Part shown: positions 1 to 13,443 of the stretch, in pieces
Layout: each line of letters opens with the position of its first letter
How positions within the stretch are numbered: position 1 is the stretch's first letter
Assembly: GCA_013265495.1 (NCBI GenBank)
Contig: MU058531.1
Span: 550,678-614,677 of the forward strand
Direction: 5' to 3'
Length of the DNA stretch: 64,000 nt
From: Vicugna vicugna
Lineage: Eukaryota
Position numbers and translations under genes: made by a program
Notes under the pieces: model-generated
What the model was told of the DNA's origin: nothing
The model's input: the letters and a program-made list of their open reading frames with translations, nothing else
Database searches by the model: none

Positions 1-284
1 CTCACACCACCGGCAGCTGGGGTGAGGCCATTGGAGAGGTTCTGGGCAGTGGGATAAGAAACTTCCAGACATGGCCCCTAAAATTCTTCCCTGAGATCCT
101 CAGTCATTTTCTTCTCTACCACAGAGCTGGGGTTGCCAGATGAAGGAAGACTGGGTCTCTGAATCACTCAGGAGAAGACTGACACAGAAGAACCGCCCAA
201 CCCACTTAAGACTGTGCTGGGGTTAACAACCCCAGGGTATATTAAGGCATTGAAATCGGAGGATTTATTTGTTCCTGCAGAATC

Positions 285-620
285 ACTGAACATTCATCTA
301 TAGAAGAGGACAAAGACTATCTCCAGGGTTTTTGCAAAGATTGAGATAATTTATGCAAAGCACAGAGCAATGTCTGGCACAGTAAAGGCTCACTTTGTGG
401 CAACTGTCGTCGTTTATTTTAAGGTCGTATTCATTTAGAGATGAAGAGCAAGGTCTTGAGGATCAGTAGATGTAGTTCATATCCCAGCTCTACTACTAAC
501 TAACCACACAAGTTAAGAACATTGTTCAACTTCTCCATGCCTCAATTTCTTTATTTCTAGAACAGCAATAAAAATAGCATCCAACTCATGTGGTGGTGAA
601 TTTACAATAAGATACTCCAT
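285..620 (+). mobile_element. Two degenerate MIR SINE fragments (~285-400 and ~445-620)
   Basis: MIR-core-like motifs: 'gattgagataatttatgcaaagcacagagcaatgtctggcacagtaa' and 'atcccagctctactactaac...ttcaacttctccatgcctcaatttctt'. Confidence 0.55.
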
Positions 621-628
621 GTGGTTGT

Positions 629-1636
629 GTGGTGGTGGTGACGGTGCTGATGGTAGTGGTGGTGATGATGGGTGATAATCTGCCTGATCTGCCATTACAG
701 GAGCAGAGCTGATTATCGGGGGAAAAAACTAAGGTGTCAAGCTCATACGGAGACAACTGTGATTGTGATCTGATCAACTGAACTGACTAGTCACAACATA
801 GCCACTAACAGAGCTGTCTCTGCCCACAAAGACAGGGCCCAGATGATGGCAGACTGTCTCTGTACTGATGGCTTTTCTGCTGAAGACATGAAAAACGTAG
901 AGCTAGGAACACATATATACCATTTTGACTTTATGTTGCTTTTGTATTTCTTTTTCCAGTAATTTTAATGCAATATGGGATGTAGCATTAAAAATTAAGT
1001 TTTTTTCAATGAAAGAAGTACAGATACTGGGATGGAAAAAAATGCATAGTTCTAATCAACAAATAACCAGTAATTTTTATGTATGTACATTCAAACTTTC
1101 TTCTATGCATAAGCTTTATTTAACATAGTTGGATTTTCCAATGTTATTTTAAAATCACTTCATAAATATTATTTTCAAGGACTTAAATAAGTGTACCAGT
1201 TTACTTAGCCATTTATTTATCTTAGATCATTAATTTGTTTAGTTTTTGACATTATAAATGATGTTCCTATTAATTTCTCTGTTATATAGTTCTCCATGTT
1301 TTAATTTATTTGGACAAATTCACAGAGTTTGAATCACTAAGTCAGAGAGAAGAAATATTTTTAAGAAATAATATATCGTTAAGTTGCTATCCCCAGCCAT
1401 ACAATCACCCCTTGATATCTGTGGGGTTTTAGTTGCAGAACCTCCAGATACCAAAATCTTCTGTTGCTCAAGTCCTTTATATAAAATGATGCAGTATTTG
1501 CATATAACATAGACACACCTTCCCATATACTTTAAATCATCTCTAGATTACTTATCATAATACTACAATGTAAATGCTATCTAAATAGTTCTAAATACAA
1601 CATAAATACTATGTAAATAGTTGCCAGCACATGCAG
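629..1636. repeat. Copy 1 of a ~1 kb direct duplication flanking the gap
   Basis: Matches 1714-2746 base for base as far as I read it, except that it lacks 25 bp present at 2096-2120. Confidence 0.95.
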
Positions 1637-1713
1637 NNNNNNNNNNNNNNNNNNNNNNNNNNNNNNNNNNNNNNNNNNNNNNNNNNNNNNNNNNNNNNNN
1701 NNNNNNNNNNNNN
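1637..1713. other. Assembly gap (77 N)
   Basis: Run of N. Confidence 1.
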
Positions 1714-2746
1714 GTGGTGGTGGTGACGGTGCTGATGGTAGTGGTGGTGATGATGGGTGATAATCTGCCTGATCTGCCATTACAGGAGCAGAGCTGATTA
1801 TCGGGGGAAAAAACTAAGGTGTCAAGCTCATACGGAGACAACTGTGATTGTGATCTGATCAACTGAACTGACTAGTCACAACATAGCCACTAACAGAGCT
1901 GTCTCTGCCCACAAAGACAGGGCCCAGATGATGGCAGACTGTCTCTGTACTGATGGCTTTTCTGCTGAAGACATGAAAAACGTAGAGCTAGGAACACATA
2001 TATACCATTTTGACTTTATGTTGCTTTTGTATTTCTTTTTCCAGTAATTTTAATGCAATATGGGATGTAGCATTAAAAATTAAGTTTTTTTCAATGATAA
2101 CAGTAATGTATTTTACTGCAGAAAGAAGTACAGATACTGGGATGGAAAAAAATGCATAGTTCTAATCAACAAATAACCAGTAATTTTTATGTATGTACAT
2201 TCAAACTTTCTTCTATGCATAAGCTTTATTTAACATAGTTGGATTTTCCAATGTTATTTTAAAATCACTTCATAAATATTATTTTCAAGGACTTAAATAA
2301 GTGTACCAGTTTACTTAGCCATTTATTTATCTTAGATCATTAATTTGTTTAGTTTTTGACATTATAAATGATGTTCCTATTAATTTCTCTGTTATATAGT
2401 TCTCCATGTTTTAATTTATTTGGACAAATTCACAGAGTTTGAATCACTAAGTCAGAGAGAAGAAATATTTTTAAGAAATAATATATCGTTAAGTTGCTAT
2501 CCCCAGCCATACAATCACCCCTTGATATCTGTGGGGTTTTAGTTGCAGAACCTCCAGATACCAAAATCTTCTGTTGCTCAAGTCCTTTATATAAAATGAT
2601 GCAGTATTTGCATATAACATAGACACACCTTCCCATATACTTTAAATCATCTCTAGATTACTTATCATAATACTACAATGTAAATGCTATCTAAATAGTT
2701 CTAAATACAACATAAATACTATGTAAATAGTTGCCAGCACATGCAG
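1714..2746. repeat. Copy 2 of the ~1 kb direct duplication
   Basis: Starts at the right edge of the gap. The ORF track gives identical peptides at 1320-1526 and 2430-2636. Confidence 0.95.
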
Positions 2747-2828
2747 CAAATTCAGGTTTTGCTTTCTGGACTTCCTGGAATTTTTAGAAAAAGTATTTTT
2801 GGAACCTGTGGATGCAGAGGGCTGACCT
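2512..2828. mobile_element. MER2/MER2B-like Tigger-family MITE (truncated duplicate at 1402-1636)
   Basis: Diagnostic core 'cccatatactttaaatcatctctagattactta...caatgtaaatgctat'; imperfect TIRs 'caatcacccc'/'gggctgacct'; TA on both sides (2510-2511, 2829-2830). Confidence 0.8.
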
Positions 2829-3372
2829 TATACGAAATTCATAATTTCACATGGCTTACCATGGTTTCAATTTTTAAAACATTTGCTAATTGTTTACAGA
2901 TATTTACTAATGTAGGATATCTATTTCTATTTATTGATTTAAATATTTAGAGTTATTTTATTTTGCATTTCTTAAATGACATACTAGTACGAAAAAATCT
3001 TCCAACTTTACCTTTAGGGCATGATTTTTAATCATCTCATGTCATTTGCCAATTCATCTAATGTTTTTATTATTGATTTGCATGACTGTTTTTAAAGTGA
3101 AAGATATTAGACATACTGTCTTTGTGTACGTCATCGTTTGTCAGGAGAACTAGAAGCTGACTCTGCTTTCCTTAGCTCAGTTTCACCTGACTAGATGGCT
3201 GTCTTTGTCCTCTCTCTTACACACTCTCATAACTCAGCTTCCCATCGACTGTAATAGAGTCCCCCTTGTGGGTGGACTCTCAAGCTTAGCAGTAGCAGGC
3301 CTCATGCAGACTTTCCAGCTTTTAACCAATATACTTAATATCTGGTTTTTACTTTTCAAAGATGGCATAGTT

Positions 3373-3685
3373 TGGACCTACAAATGATCATACCAAGTGA
3401 AGTAAGTCAGACAGAGAAAGGCAGATACCATATGATATCACTTACATGTGGCATCTAAAAAAAATGGCATAAATGAACTTATTTACAAAACAAAAATAGT
3501 CTTACAGACATAGAAAACAAACTTACAGTTTCTGTGGGGAAAGGAAGGGTGGAGGGGGTATAAATTGAGAGTTTGGGATTAACATATATAAAATAGATAA
3601 TCAACAAGGGCCTACTCTACAGCACAGGGAACTATATTCAATATCTGTAATAACCTATAGTGGAAAAGAATCTGAAAAAGAATAG

Positions 3686-3721
<36 letters not shown>

Positions 3722-3790
3722 ATAACAATCACTTTGCTGTATACCTGAAATATTTAAATCAATGTAAATCAATTATACTTCAATAAAAAA
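3373..3790 (+). mobile_element. 5'-truncated cetartiodactyl-type L1, 3' UTR and A-tail
   Basis: 'aagtgaagtaagtcagacagagaaagg...gaacttatttacaaaaca...agcacagggaactatattcaatatc...tgtaaatcaattatacttcaataaaaaa'. Confidence 0.9.
3686..3724. repeat. Compound (TA)n(TG)n microsatellite in the L1 3' UTR
   Basis: Direct reading. Confidence 0.95.
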
Positions 3791-5739
3791 ATTAACAGTG
3801 GGATAGTTGCAGAATTTTACTTAATTTTTAAGTCTCTCTGTCTTTATGCAAAATGTTTCTTCCAATACAACTTGGAACTGTCAGAGAAGTACTGAACTGT
3901 GTATGAGTTTCTGTGTAAACTGAGATGTGAGAAATAATTGGCACCTTCATAGAAATTTCCATTTCGAGCTGTAATTCACATTGCTGTTTGAAGCGTAGAC
4001 ATTTTATGATACCTCTTCACAGATGACAGTTCTATGCGTTGGGAATGTTTTCTCAGAATTCTCCCATAGAAGTGCTGTTTGCCATGATTGCCTGTCCTGG
4101 TATAAAGCAGTGGAAAAGTTGGCAGACTCAGTGGTCCAAGTTACCAGTTGAGCTTTTACGTGTGGTTTCTGCTGAGCCTACTTTCCCGCCTGTCAGTGAT
4201 GTGGCTAAGTTTCCACATGCCACAGTGCTAAGCAGAAATCCTCAAGGTCATACTTTCATATACTTTCATATACTGTGGATTCTGTTTGGACCACTATTTC
4301 CCCTTAACTCTCACCTTTTCTCATGTTTAGGACAGAAGATCTTAAAGGTTTTGGCTTCCAGGATTTCAAATGCACCAGGGCACACCCTGCATAGCACTGC
4401 CATTGTATGGTATCACAACTAATGTCTTCTGGAATTAAAAGGCATCACCTGTCCAATCATTCAACAGATATATACTGACTGCCTGGGGGGCCAGTCCGCC
4501 TGCATTTGAATTTCAGTTCATCTGTTTAGCAACTGTGTGAATTTAAGTAAGTCTAGTTGATCTCAATTTTTCTCATCTGAATTGCATTCTTTCAACTATG
4601 ACTATAAGCCAGACGCTGTGCTGGGTGCGAAGAACACTTTAGTGACTAAACCAAGCACAGTCCTTTCATGGAGTTTCAACTAAATCATGGGGGGCTTCTG
4701 GGTTTTGGAGAAGATGCTGGAGGCTGCCTAAATTTGAACCTCTCTACCTAGTGCCTTAAATGCATATAGGATTACAAGGAGGGAAAAAAAATCCCAAATC
4801 TCCCATAGCTATAGCTACAGCTTTAGTAGGCAAAAAAATACCAAAAATTTCCATTTACACGTAGGTGAAAGAATATGTCTGAAAACAGTGGGGTCTGCAC
4901 AGGAGTCCAAAAGAGTCTAGAATCAGATGGGAATTCTGCGAAATCAAGGAGAGGGCAGTGGTGTGTTAGTGTCACCGTGACATAGATAATATCAATTGAG
5001 GTTCACCCCCAAAAGGCCTGGGCCTCACTCTGAATGGAGAAGTATGAAGTGTAGTTTCAGAAACCTGGAAGATAGGAGTCCTGGCTACCGAGAGGTCTAA
5101 AGAAAGAGGCTTAGAAAGAGAGTGTCATAGTAAGGCACCACTTCTGGGGAAAAAGGAGGCATCATGGAATCTGCAAGAATCTCTTGGGGGCTCAGAGATA
5201 AAGGGAAAGAAGGAAACAGCTGAGGGTAACAGCCACAATATAACATGATAAAATCAAAGATTCAGAAGAAAACAGATCAAAAAATTGTTTCTGACTAAAG
5301 AAACTGCAGCTCATTGTAGCAAGAGAAGAAGGCATTCTTAAACCAAGAAATCAAGTAAACTCCTCAAACTCCTATAATCCTGCTGCTCTGGGAAAACCCA
5401 ACCCAAGAAAACATGGATGCCAATAACAAAAAGACCCAGCACCCCCGCTGAGTTGTTATACAAAATAAAAGCAGTTGTTTTAGGACAACACACAGCCTTA
5501 AACACTTATTCTTTATGTTAATAAAGAATTTTTTAAATGCCAATAAATAAATTAAACATCAAGTACAGATAGTTTAAAAAATGTAAACTGAAAGAAGGAA
5601 AGAAATGTCAAAGAAAAATGCCAGAGGAATAATTTAGAAAGCGAAAACATGACGACTAATAAATAAATACTTGTTCTCAATTTTTATTTTCATGTGTGAC
5701 AATGGCAGTCACATGTTTAAAACGTCTCCTGGAACTTTC

Positions 5740-6540
5740 TTACGTTACTGATGGGAGGCCAAAAATGGTCCAGGCACGCTGGGAAAGCGGTAGTTTCTTA
5801 GAAGAGTAAACCTACACTAATAGGACACGTTAATCCCATTCTTTGGCATTTACCCAAGTCTAAGGAAAACTATATTCACACAAAAGCCTGAATACAAATG
5901 ATTCGAGAAAGCTTAACAATCACCCAAACCTTGAAACAACCCAGTCCTTCAACTGGCGAGTAGATAAACAAACTGATACATCCATACACAGATTCCTCCT
6001 AAGCAATTAAAAGGAACAGACTATTAAGGAGTAAAACAACATGGATGAATATAAATGATACTATGTGAAAGAAGCTAGACTCCATTTACATGACATTCTG
6101 GAAAAGACAAAATTATAGGACAGAAAGCAGATCAGTGATGCTGGGTTAGCCGGGGGATTAATTGCAGAGTCACAATGGGGCATTTTCAGGCTGATGGAAA
6201 TGTTCTATACTTTAATTTTAATATAAACATAACTCAAAACATGGACCTGTACATTTAAAAGGGTGAATTTTACTGTATGCAGATTGTAGCTCAATAAATC
6301 TGACAGTGTTTCAGAGACTTAAGAGTTTTAGAGATTCTTGCTAAAACTTTTACAGATAAAATGAGATATCTGATGTTTTCTTCAAGATAAGATAAAACCT
6401 GACAGTTTGGAGAGAAGTAGGTGGAAATACATATAAAATCAAATTCCCCAAGGTTGTAATTGGTTGAAGCTAGGGCTCATTACACTATCCACTTTACTAT
6501 TCTGTATGTTTGACATTTTTTATAATAAGCAATATTTTAA
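5740..6540 (+). mobile_element. Ancient L1 (L1MB/MC/ME-like) ORF2 end and 3' UTR fragments
   Basis: 'ccatttacatgacattctggaaaagacaaaattataggacagaaagcagatcagtg', 'gggtgaattttactgtatgcagattgtagctcaataaa'. Confidence 0.7.
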
Positions 6541-6987
6541 ATGTAAAAGTTATCTGGAATTGGAAATCAGTCAACACAGAAGAAAAATTCAATTTCACCT
6601 GTCCTTAAGCTCAAGAGACAAATCTTGGTATATTTTGCTGGAAGCTGTTATGTTGTTTGTTACTACTGAAAAAGCCTGGTTAGAAGTCTTGAGTTTAGAA
6701 GTCTAATTTGGAATCTGAAAGTAGGTATGTTCTATGGGACTCCCATATTAAATAAACTTAAACTGCATTTTCTCAAATGGTTCATATCTTGATGTTTGGT
6801 ATACGGCATTCTCAAATTCATTTGTCTATATAATCCTCTTTTTTCATAGCATTTGCCAAAGTAGTGTTGCATGGAACATACTTGAGATTCCATACAATTT
6901 TTTGAGATTAATAATACACATTTATAGTCACTTAAGTTGCCAAGAGGCAACTTAATCCTGAGATAGAAACTTGGTGCTTCATTTATT

Positions 6988-7400
6988 ACTGTAATGCTGG
7001 CTGCTACAACACAGCATTCCCAGGAGTAAAATGGCTTAACACAGTATAATTTATTTCTCCCTCACATGTCTGTCCAATGAGGGTATTTTGATTGGCACGT
7101 AACTTTCCCCTACGCAGAATTTCAAGATTTGAAGCTCTTCCCATATTATTCTTTTTCATCCTCTAGGGGCTCAGATACTTCATCTATTCAGCCTCAAGAA
7201 AGAAAGAATGAATTCATGCTGACTCCTTAACCACCTTTGCCCAGGTATGATGCCCATCACTTTTACTCCCTTTCTATTGATGACAGTTAGTTATATGGCC
7301 AGTCTAGATACAAGAGGGTGAGAAGTGGAGTTCCTGGCTGGGAAGTTGCTTTGCATGAAAAGTGAACATGAATTTTGATGGATAGCTCACTGTCTTTACT
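6988..7400 (-). mobile_element. Old MaLR LTR (MLT1J/K/L-like)
   Basis: 'gctggctgctacaac...aatggcttaacacagtataatttatttctccctcacatg' resembles the reverse of an MLT1 3' end. Confidence 0.45.
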
Positions 7401-7611
7401 ATGGGCTGCAGTACCTTTGAATATTGCCTAAACATGTGAGCAATTCAACTTAGTGTTTCCACCAGAGATTATAACTCTAATGATCTGAAGTGTGGTCCTG
7501 GCGTCTGTATCTTAAACACTTCCAGATAATTTTATTGTTCAGTTTGAATTAAGAACCGATGGAACAGTCTTTCACTGTTAAGGAAGAAAAGGAATTTCTT
7601 TTTTATCTACA

Positions 7612-7676
7612 TCATTCCAGCTTTGTGGAGATATGATTGACAAAAATGTATGTATTTGGTTGTACAATGTGATTTT
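7612..7676 (-). mobile_element. Short L1MA-type 3' terminus
   Basis: 'ccagctttgtggagatatgattgacaaaaatgtatgtatttggttgtacaatgtgatttt'. Confidence 0.55.
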
Positions 7677-9291
7677 TAACAAACAGCTCTGTTACGTACA
7701 GGGCACCTCATTGCAGCCTACATTACAAATAACCCAATGGAAATGCTAAGTGATCAGAAGACATTCTGTTTAAAGTATTTAAAATTAGGTCAACATGAAC
7801 AACCACTGCTGACGTGATGATCTACAGCCAGTGATACCTGGATGCCATTGGGCAGTGTTCCCTTAAATGATAAGGTTTTGCTTCCCAACAAAATAGACAT
7901 CATATTTTCACCCAGAATACTCCTGGAATATAAATCATCCAGATGGCTGAAACTCATTCTTTGATGGCATGATAGATCACTGGGCATTAGATCCTCGAAG
8001 AGATGCTATTTTTCAGAAGTTGCCTTTAAAATATCACTCACCCTGTCACAACAGATCTAAGGTTTATAGCCCTGCAGCTTAGTATTCTAAATTGCTAAAG
8101 TCAACGCTAAGCAGTACGTCTACCATAAGTGACTGAAGATGACTTTTTTAAAAAAGGATATTTGAAATGTATTTCATTTATTTTCATGGATTGCATTAAA
8201 CTAATTTGGATTTATTACACAAGTGTCCACAACTAGTATTTGTCTGCCATGTGTCTAGGAGTTTTTCCTCTCTGTTCTTTAAGAAATGATTCATTTTGTT
8301 TTAGCCACAACAGGTCTGTGTCTGTGGCACACTTGTTTATTCACATTTGTATGTGAAGGTCTTTATGTTGTTTCATTGTGGAGCATTTCCACCCCCTGGA
8401 CTAGAAACAGTCACAGAAAAGAAATGACCTTTATCTCTGTGCATAACTTCATTCCTGCTTCTCAACATAATCAATCAATTTCCATGTTTGTCAATTTGGT
8501 TTCATCAGCCGCCATAATGGTCAATTACTAAATAAGAATTGATCACCAAGTGGCCTGATGCTGCTACCTTAGCAACCCTGCACAGTCTAGTTATTTTAAT
8601 CATTTAAATGACTAGATCAGATTAACCATTTGCCATTTGATTAATAGCACAGTGACCAGCCGAAGACTGACTAATCTTATTGTGCACTTAGGCAAAGTCT
8701 TAGGGGGAATATAGTTGTTTAATTAATATATAAATATATTTCTCTGGGCAAAACAAAATATTTGCAGATCTGATGTCTAACATTGCAGTTATTTTATTTT
8801 TCTCTATAAGTGAGAAAAATGCTAGCCCTAAAGTCATAGAAAGGGGTACAAAACTATAGATAATTGACTCATTGAACAGACATGATTAAGGACCAAATAA
8901 GATTTTATGAGTAGGATGTTGGGAAGGTAGTGATGAATAATTCATAGTCCTTTCCTGCAAGTAAATCATAGGCTCATAACAGAGATATACTGTTATGGAA
9001 TAATTTTAATAGAGCACAGTTAGTAAAAACAAGGTATGATGAGTGGGGGAAAATGGAGTTACTTTTTCTACTTGGAGAAGCCAGGGAATATGCATACAGA
9101 GGAGATGAAGTAAATTCTTGAAAGATCATTAGGCTTTTCACAGTCAGCCAAGAAGAGTATTATACTCAGAGGAGACCTGAGAAACCACAAAATAGCACAA
9201 TGTGTATGTTTTTCCTTATCTCTTGGTTGAAACTGACAAGATTCAGAAAAATTAATTTGAGAAGAAAGGGGGTTTTATTGGCAATATCAAG

Positions 9292-9795
9292 TGGAAAGGC
9301 AGAAAATGACTGCCCCATAATGTCTATATTCTAACTGCTGAAGCCTAGAAGTATGTTGTATTGTAAAGCAAAAGGAAAATTAAGTTTGTAGATGGGATTA
9401 AGGCTGGTAATAAACTAAACTTGATTAAGATAAGGAGATTATCCTGGATCATCCAGGTAGGCCCAATGTAATTACAAGGGTCTTTAGGTAGAGAAGAGGG
9501 AGGCTGAAATACAAGGGCCAGAATGAGAAAGACTTAACCAGCCATTGCTGGTTTGAAGGTGGAAGGGAACCAGGAGACAAGGGATATGGGCGGTCTCCAG
9601 AAGCTGGAAAACACAAAAAAAAGAAATTCTCCCTTAGAGCCTCCAGAAAGAAATGGAAACCTGTTGATGCCTTGATTTTACCCCAGTAACACTGATTTTG
9701 GACTTCCAACTCCTAGAAATGGAATACAAAAATTTTGCGTTTCAAGCCCCTGAGTTTGTGGTAATTTGTAACAGGATTAGTAGGAAACTAATGCA
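9292..9795 (+). mobile_element. MaLR solo LTR, MLT1D-like, nested in an older MLT1 remnant (~9205-10255)
   Basis: 'ggagattatcctggatcatccaggtaggcccaatgtaattacaagggtcttt', 'gtggtaatttgtaacagga...aggaaactaatgca'. Confidence 0.8.
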
Positions 9796-11457
9796 GAAAT
9801 TTACTTGAAATTTAATTTACTTGAAATTTAATAGAAGGAGAACTGGGAAATCAAGCCTCAAGAAGGTGAGGTATAACTGGAACCAGATTCTCCATCATCT
9901 GTGTCTGTTTGTCTGTCTGTCTGTCTCTCTCTCTCTATTGGGTTCATTCTTTAGAGCAGCTTTCCCCCAGGGGCAGAGGATCTGGTCACTAGCTTCTCTG
10001 GGCTCATATATTATGGCATTTCAAACAAAGAAAAAATATTTTTCCATCTTGGTTCCAGTTTGAAAAACATTTGGCAAAATTCTGATCAGCCTGTTTTGAG
10101 TCAAATGTCCAAATTTGAACTAAGCTCTTGGGGTGAATGATATCAGTTAGCTCAGCTGGGCTTATGTGCCCATTAATTTGGCAAAAAAAAGAGAGATTTG
10201 CTACCAAAAGAAAGGGGACAAGAATGTAGGGCACATTGGAACAGTAGCTGTATACTACAGCATGTTGATGAACTACAAGTGGTTTACATAGTGGGATCTT
10301 AAAGTCAGTGATGGATTCGACCTAAATTCATATGAATGTTAGATCACATAATTAAGCTCTAACTCTGTGGACTTTAAATTATTCTTAGAATTCTAGCTTT
10401 CCCAAATATACATTTACAAGCTTCCTGTTAAACTGTGGAGGTCATGACAGGTAAGTTCAATTTCCATTGGTCCACCATCTTGTTTTTAGTATAGGACATT
10501 CAGGAATTGGTCAGCTGTTAGGAAGGTCAATTTAGGAGAGAATAAGACTCAGAAATTAGATTCCTACTAAGAAGTGTTGGTGCTTGGATCAGACTTAGCC
10601 GTAGGGAACCAAAGAGACCATTCAGGAATTTTAGCCTATTGGAAAGTAACTTGGATTTGGGTCACAAGATCTGGATACAAGCCTCAGCTACACTCTTTCT
10701 TAATTTTATTACTTTAGGCTGGTTCACTCAGCACTGTAAATCTCATTTTCATTTTCTGCAATCTATATATTAATCATAAAATCTGTTCCCTGTCATTTAT
10801 TGAGAGCTTATACGTATCAGACGCTTTATGAGGTTCCAGGAAACTTTAGTCATGAAGGAGAAGTTATTGGCCTTGAAACAAAGTAAAGCTGTAAACTAAA
10901 GGAAGAAGCAAGAGCCCTGGTAAAGTACTACAGACATAAAATTAAAACAGGACTTTCAGTGTAGTTAACTTGATGCAGAGGCATTTAAATCACACAAACA
11001 CATAACGTTTCATATTCTTTTTCATTATACGATGACTTGCTGAGCCTGGGTGAGCTGGGAGCAGGGTTACACAATCTGCAGGTGAAGGAGGTCAATTATA
11101 GGGGGAGACAGGGAAAGAGAGTCAGAGAGAGACATGGAAAGAGGAGAATGGAGGCAGAGAGGTCATTATACTCCCTGTTCTGCCTCTGCTATTCCCTATC
11201 CCAGGTTTTCCAAGTATACAAACCACTCTTGAACCTGGCATTCATTAGGCGATTCCTTAATGAAAATGATTCAAATGAATCGAGGAAAGGAACCTCCAAC
11301 CAAGGCTGTCTTTATAGCCCCAAATGGTAACTGTTCCCCAAATCATAGAACTAGCTCATTGCTGATTCTCACCCTTTAGACCAGCCAGACCCATGCTCAG
11401 CAGAATGTTTCATCCAATGAAGCGCCATACTTCAGTCAGGAGTGACTCTCCCCCATC

Positions 11458-11742
11458 CATATTAGTTTCTTAGGGATGCTGTAGCAAAGTACGACAAATA
11501 GAGTGGCTTAAAACAATAGAAATGTATTGTCTCGGTCTTCCTAGAGTCTGTCTTCACATGGCCATCTTGTGATAAGGCCTTTAGTCTTACTGGATGAGGG
11601 GCCCACCCTACTCCAGGATGACCTCATTTTAACTAATTACATCTGCAATGACCCTATTTCCAAATAAAGTCATAGTCTGAGAATCTGGAGCTTAAGACCT
11701 CAACATATCTTTTTGGGGAGATATAATTCAATCCACAATACC
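11458..11742 (-). mobile_element. MaLR solo LTR, MLT1B-like (internally deleted)
   Basis: 'gggcccaccctactccaggatgacctcattttaactaattacatctgcaatgaccctatttccaaataaagtca'. Confidence 0.8.
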
Positions 11743-11871
11743 ATCCTCTTATTTTTAACCAACTCCTGCTCAGTTTCTATATCCATCTGATTATTGGTTC
11801 CTGACACCTGATTTCTCTCCTGTATATGACCCAGCTCTTATCCAAGAACTCTGGGTTTAGTGTTGGCATAT

Positions 11872-12447
11872 TGTTGATATAATGTGAGAAACAGGAAAGC
11901 AGCCCCTGACATCTGGGAGCTGGCTGGGTATTATCATCCAGGCCCTGGTGTTGCCACGAGCCACCTGACACAGCTAGGACCTGGTGTTCTGTTGGACATA
12001 AACAAAGCTACTGTGAACATGATGAATTAAGACCACTCGTAGTCATGTCTGAAAACAGCAAAACACAAACATTGCCTGAACCGCACAACAGATTGCATCT
12101 CTCTCAATCTTGGCTAATATGAGTGACTGCTGCTGCTTTACCAATTCCAGCTTTGCCTCGGTCTAGTCCCCTCTCCTTCTAGATAAAATTAATTAAAGTA
12201 AATCATTAAACTTGCCCCCACTTCCTGAAAGCATCTATTCCAGAGGAGAATCTAAGGAACATCCACCTCCTTATATCCTCCCCAAATCACTTAACACCGA
12301 AGCTAGAGCAAATTCTCTCCAATATTTTCTTCCTGAGTTTCCCCCTGGGTTAATGACAGACATTCTCTCTCACTGCAACAAGCAATAAATTTGACTTGTC
12401 AAACTATGAATGTGTTCCTGATGGAATGTGCCTGGAGGGCATCAACA
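11872..12447 (+). mobile_element. ERV1-class solo LTR (MER89/MER90-like)
   Basis: TG...CA ends with a 7-bp inverted terminus (tgttgat/atcaaca); AATAAA near 12385; internal 'ggctaatatgagtgactgctgctgctttaccaatt' recalled from this family; 5' boundary uncertain (11872 or ~11883). Confidence 0.65.
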
Positions 12448-13345
12448 GGAATTTTAATAATGCATATTAGGTAAAATGTGATCATTGAATTAGGAAGCAT
12501 TTTGCATGTGAAATGTTTCAACATATCCAGTGATTACTATGGGGATGATTATACTTCAGAGAGAAAATACAGGTATACAATATGGTTGAACTTACAAAAG
12601 TATTAATTGCTATACAAATCTGGTATTTAAATGCAGTTATATCTCTTTTTAAAAAAATCAAATTAAACTTGAATTTTGATACATCAGTTTGTCATCAGGT
12701 CCAGTGTCTTTTTTTTTTTTTAGTGTCTCCCTCCTTTGAATGGTGGAAAAAACCTAGGAAACGCATCAACTTCCATACCCAGCTGTGGGATGCAAGGGGG
12801 AAAGTCTGAGATATCATCAGCTGGCCCCTGCCATTACTTCTGGCTGCCCCATGGAGTTGAAGTTGGAAATTCATCTCACTCTGTCAGGTGGTTGGCCATC
12901 TTTGATGACTCAAATCCTTCAATGCCTGGTACCACCAAGAGCATTCCTCATTTTGTTTCTCCAGGTCACAGCTGTTAGCTCTTGACTCACTCAGTCCCAG
13001 CAACAGTCATTCTACCACGGTGCCAGCCACTCCAGGCGTGCTGTTAGAAGTGGGTAAAGAGCCTGCCATTTGGGGATTAAAATCCTTCTCTTCCCTGGAG
13101 GTGAATTGCATTTCCAGGATGGGCAGCTCATCTTATCCAGACTCTCAGAAACAAAGGTCTCTTTACTTTCATTGCCTCTACAATAGGAGTCCTTTTTTTC
13201 TTTTTAAACTTCCAGAGAGTTCTTAAATCCCCACATCCTTCCGGAAGGGAAGCAACCTCTAATCTCAATGAGAAAATCTTTCCTAAGGATGACATGGGGG
13301 CTTTCGAAGCCCTCTCTCAAAAGAGCAGAGAAAAAAGAAAACTTT

Positions 13346-13443
13346 CTTTTTAAAATTTTTTTAATGGAGGTAATGGAGGCTGAACCCAGGACCTCATGCA
13401 TGCTAAGCACATGCTGTACCACTGAGCTATACATACCCTTCCC
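13346..13443 (-). mobile_element. tRNA-Ala-derived camelid SINE (vic-1-like), short form
   Basis: Minus strand reads 'tatagctcagtggtacagcatgtgcttagcatgcatgaggtcctgggttcagcctccattacctcca' plus an A-rich tail, similar to tRNA-Ala(AGC) with A and B boxes. Confidence 0.88.

Noticed and set aside
513..777. Pro/Thr-rich ORFs (repeated at 1577-1862)
   Set aside because: They arise from a (GGT/GAT)n low-complexity tract and from the gap-flanking duplication
4039..4422. 127-aa ORF, and similar ORFs at 19189-19551, 44880-45233 and 26790-27128
   Set aside because: No recognisable homology, mostly non-ATG starts, several overlap repeats or are antisense to the pseudogene; consistent with chance
9798..9829. 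Short tandem duplications (16-mer here; others near 44523-44563 and 62108-62139)
   Set aside because: Ordinary slippage duplications, not an array; nothing CRISPR-like in this mammalian DNA
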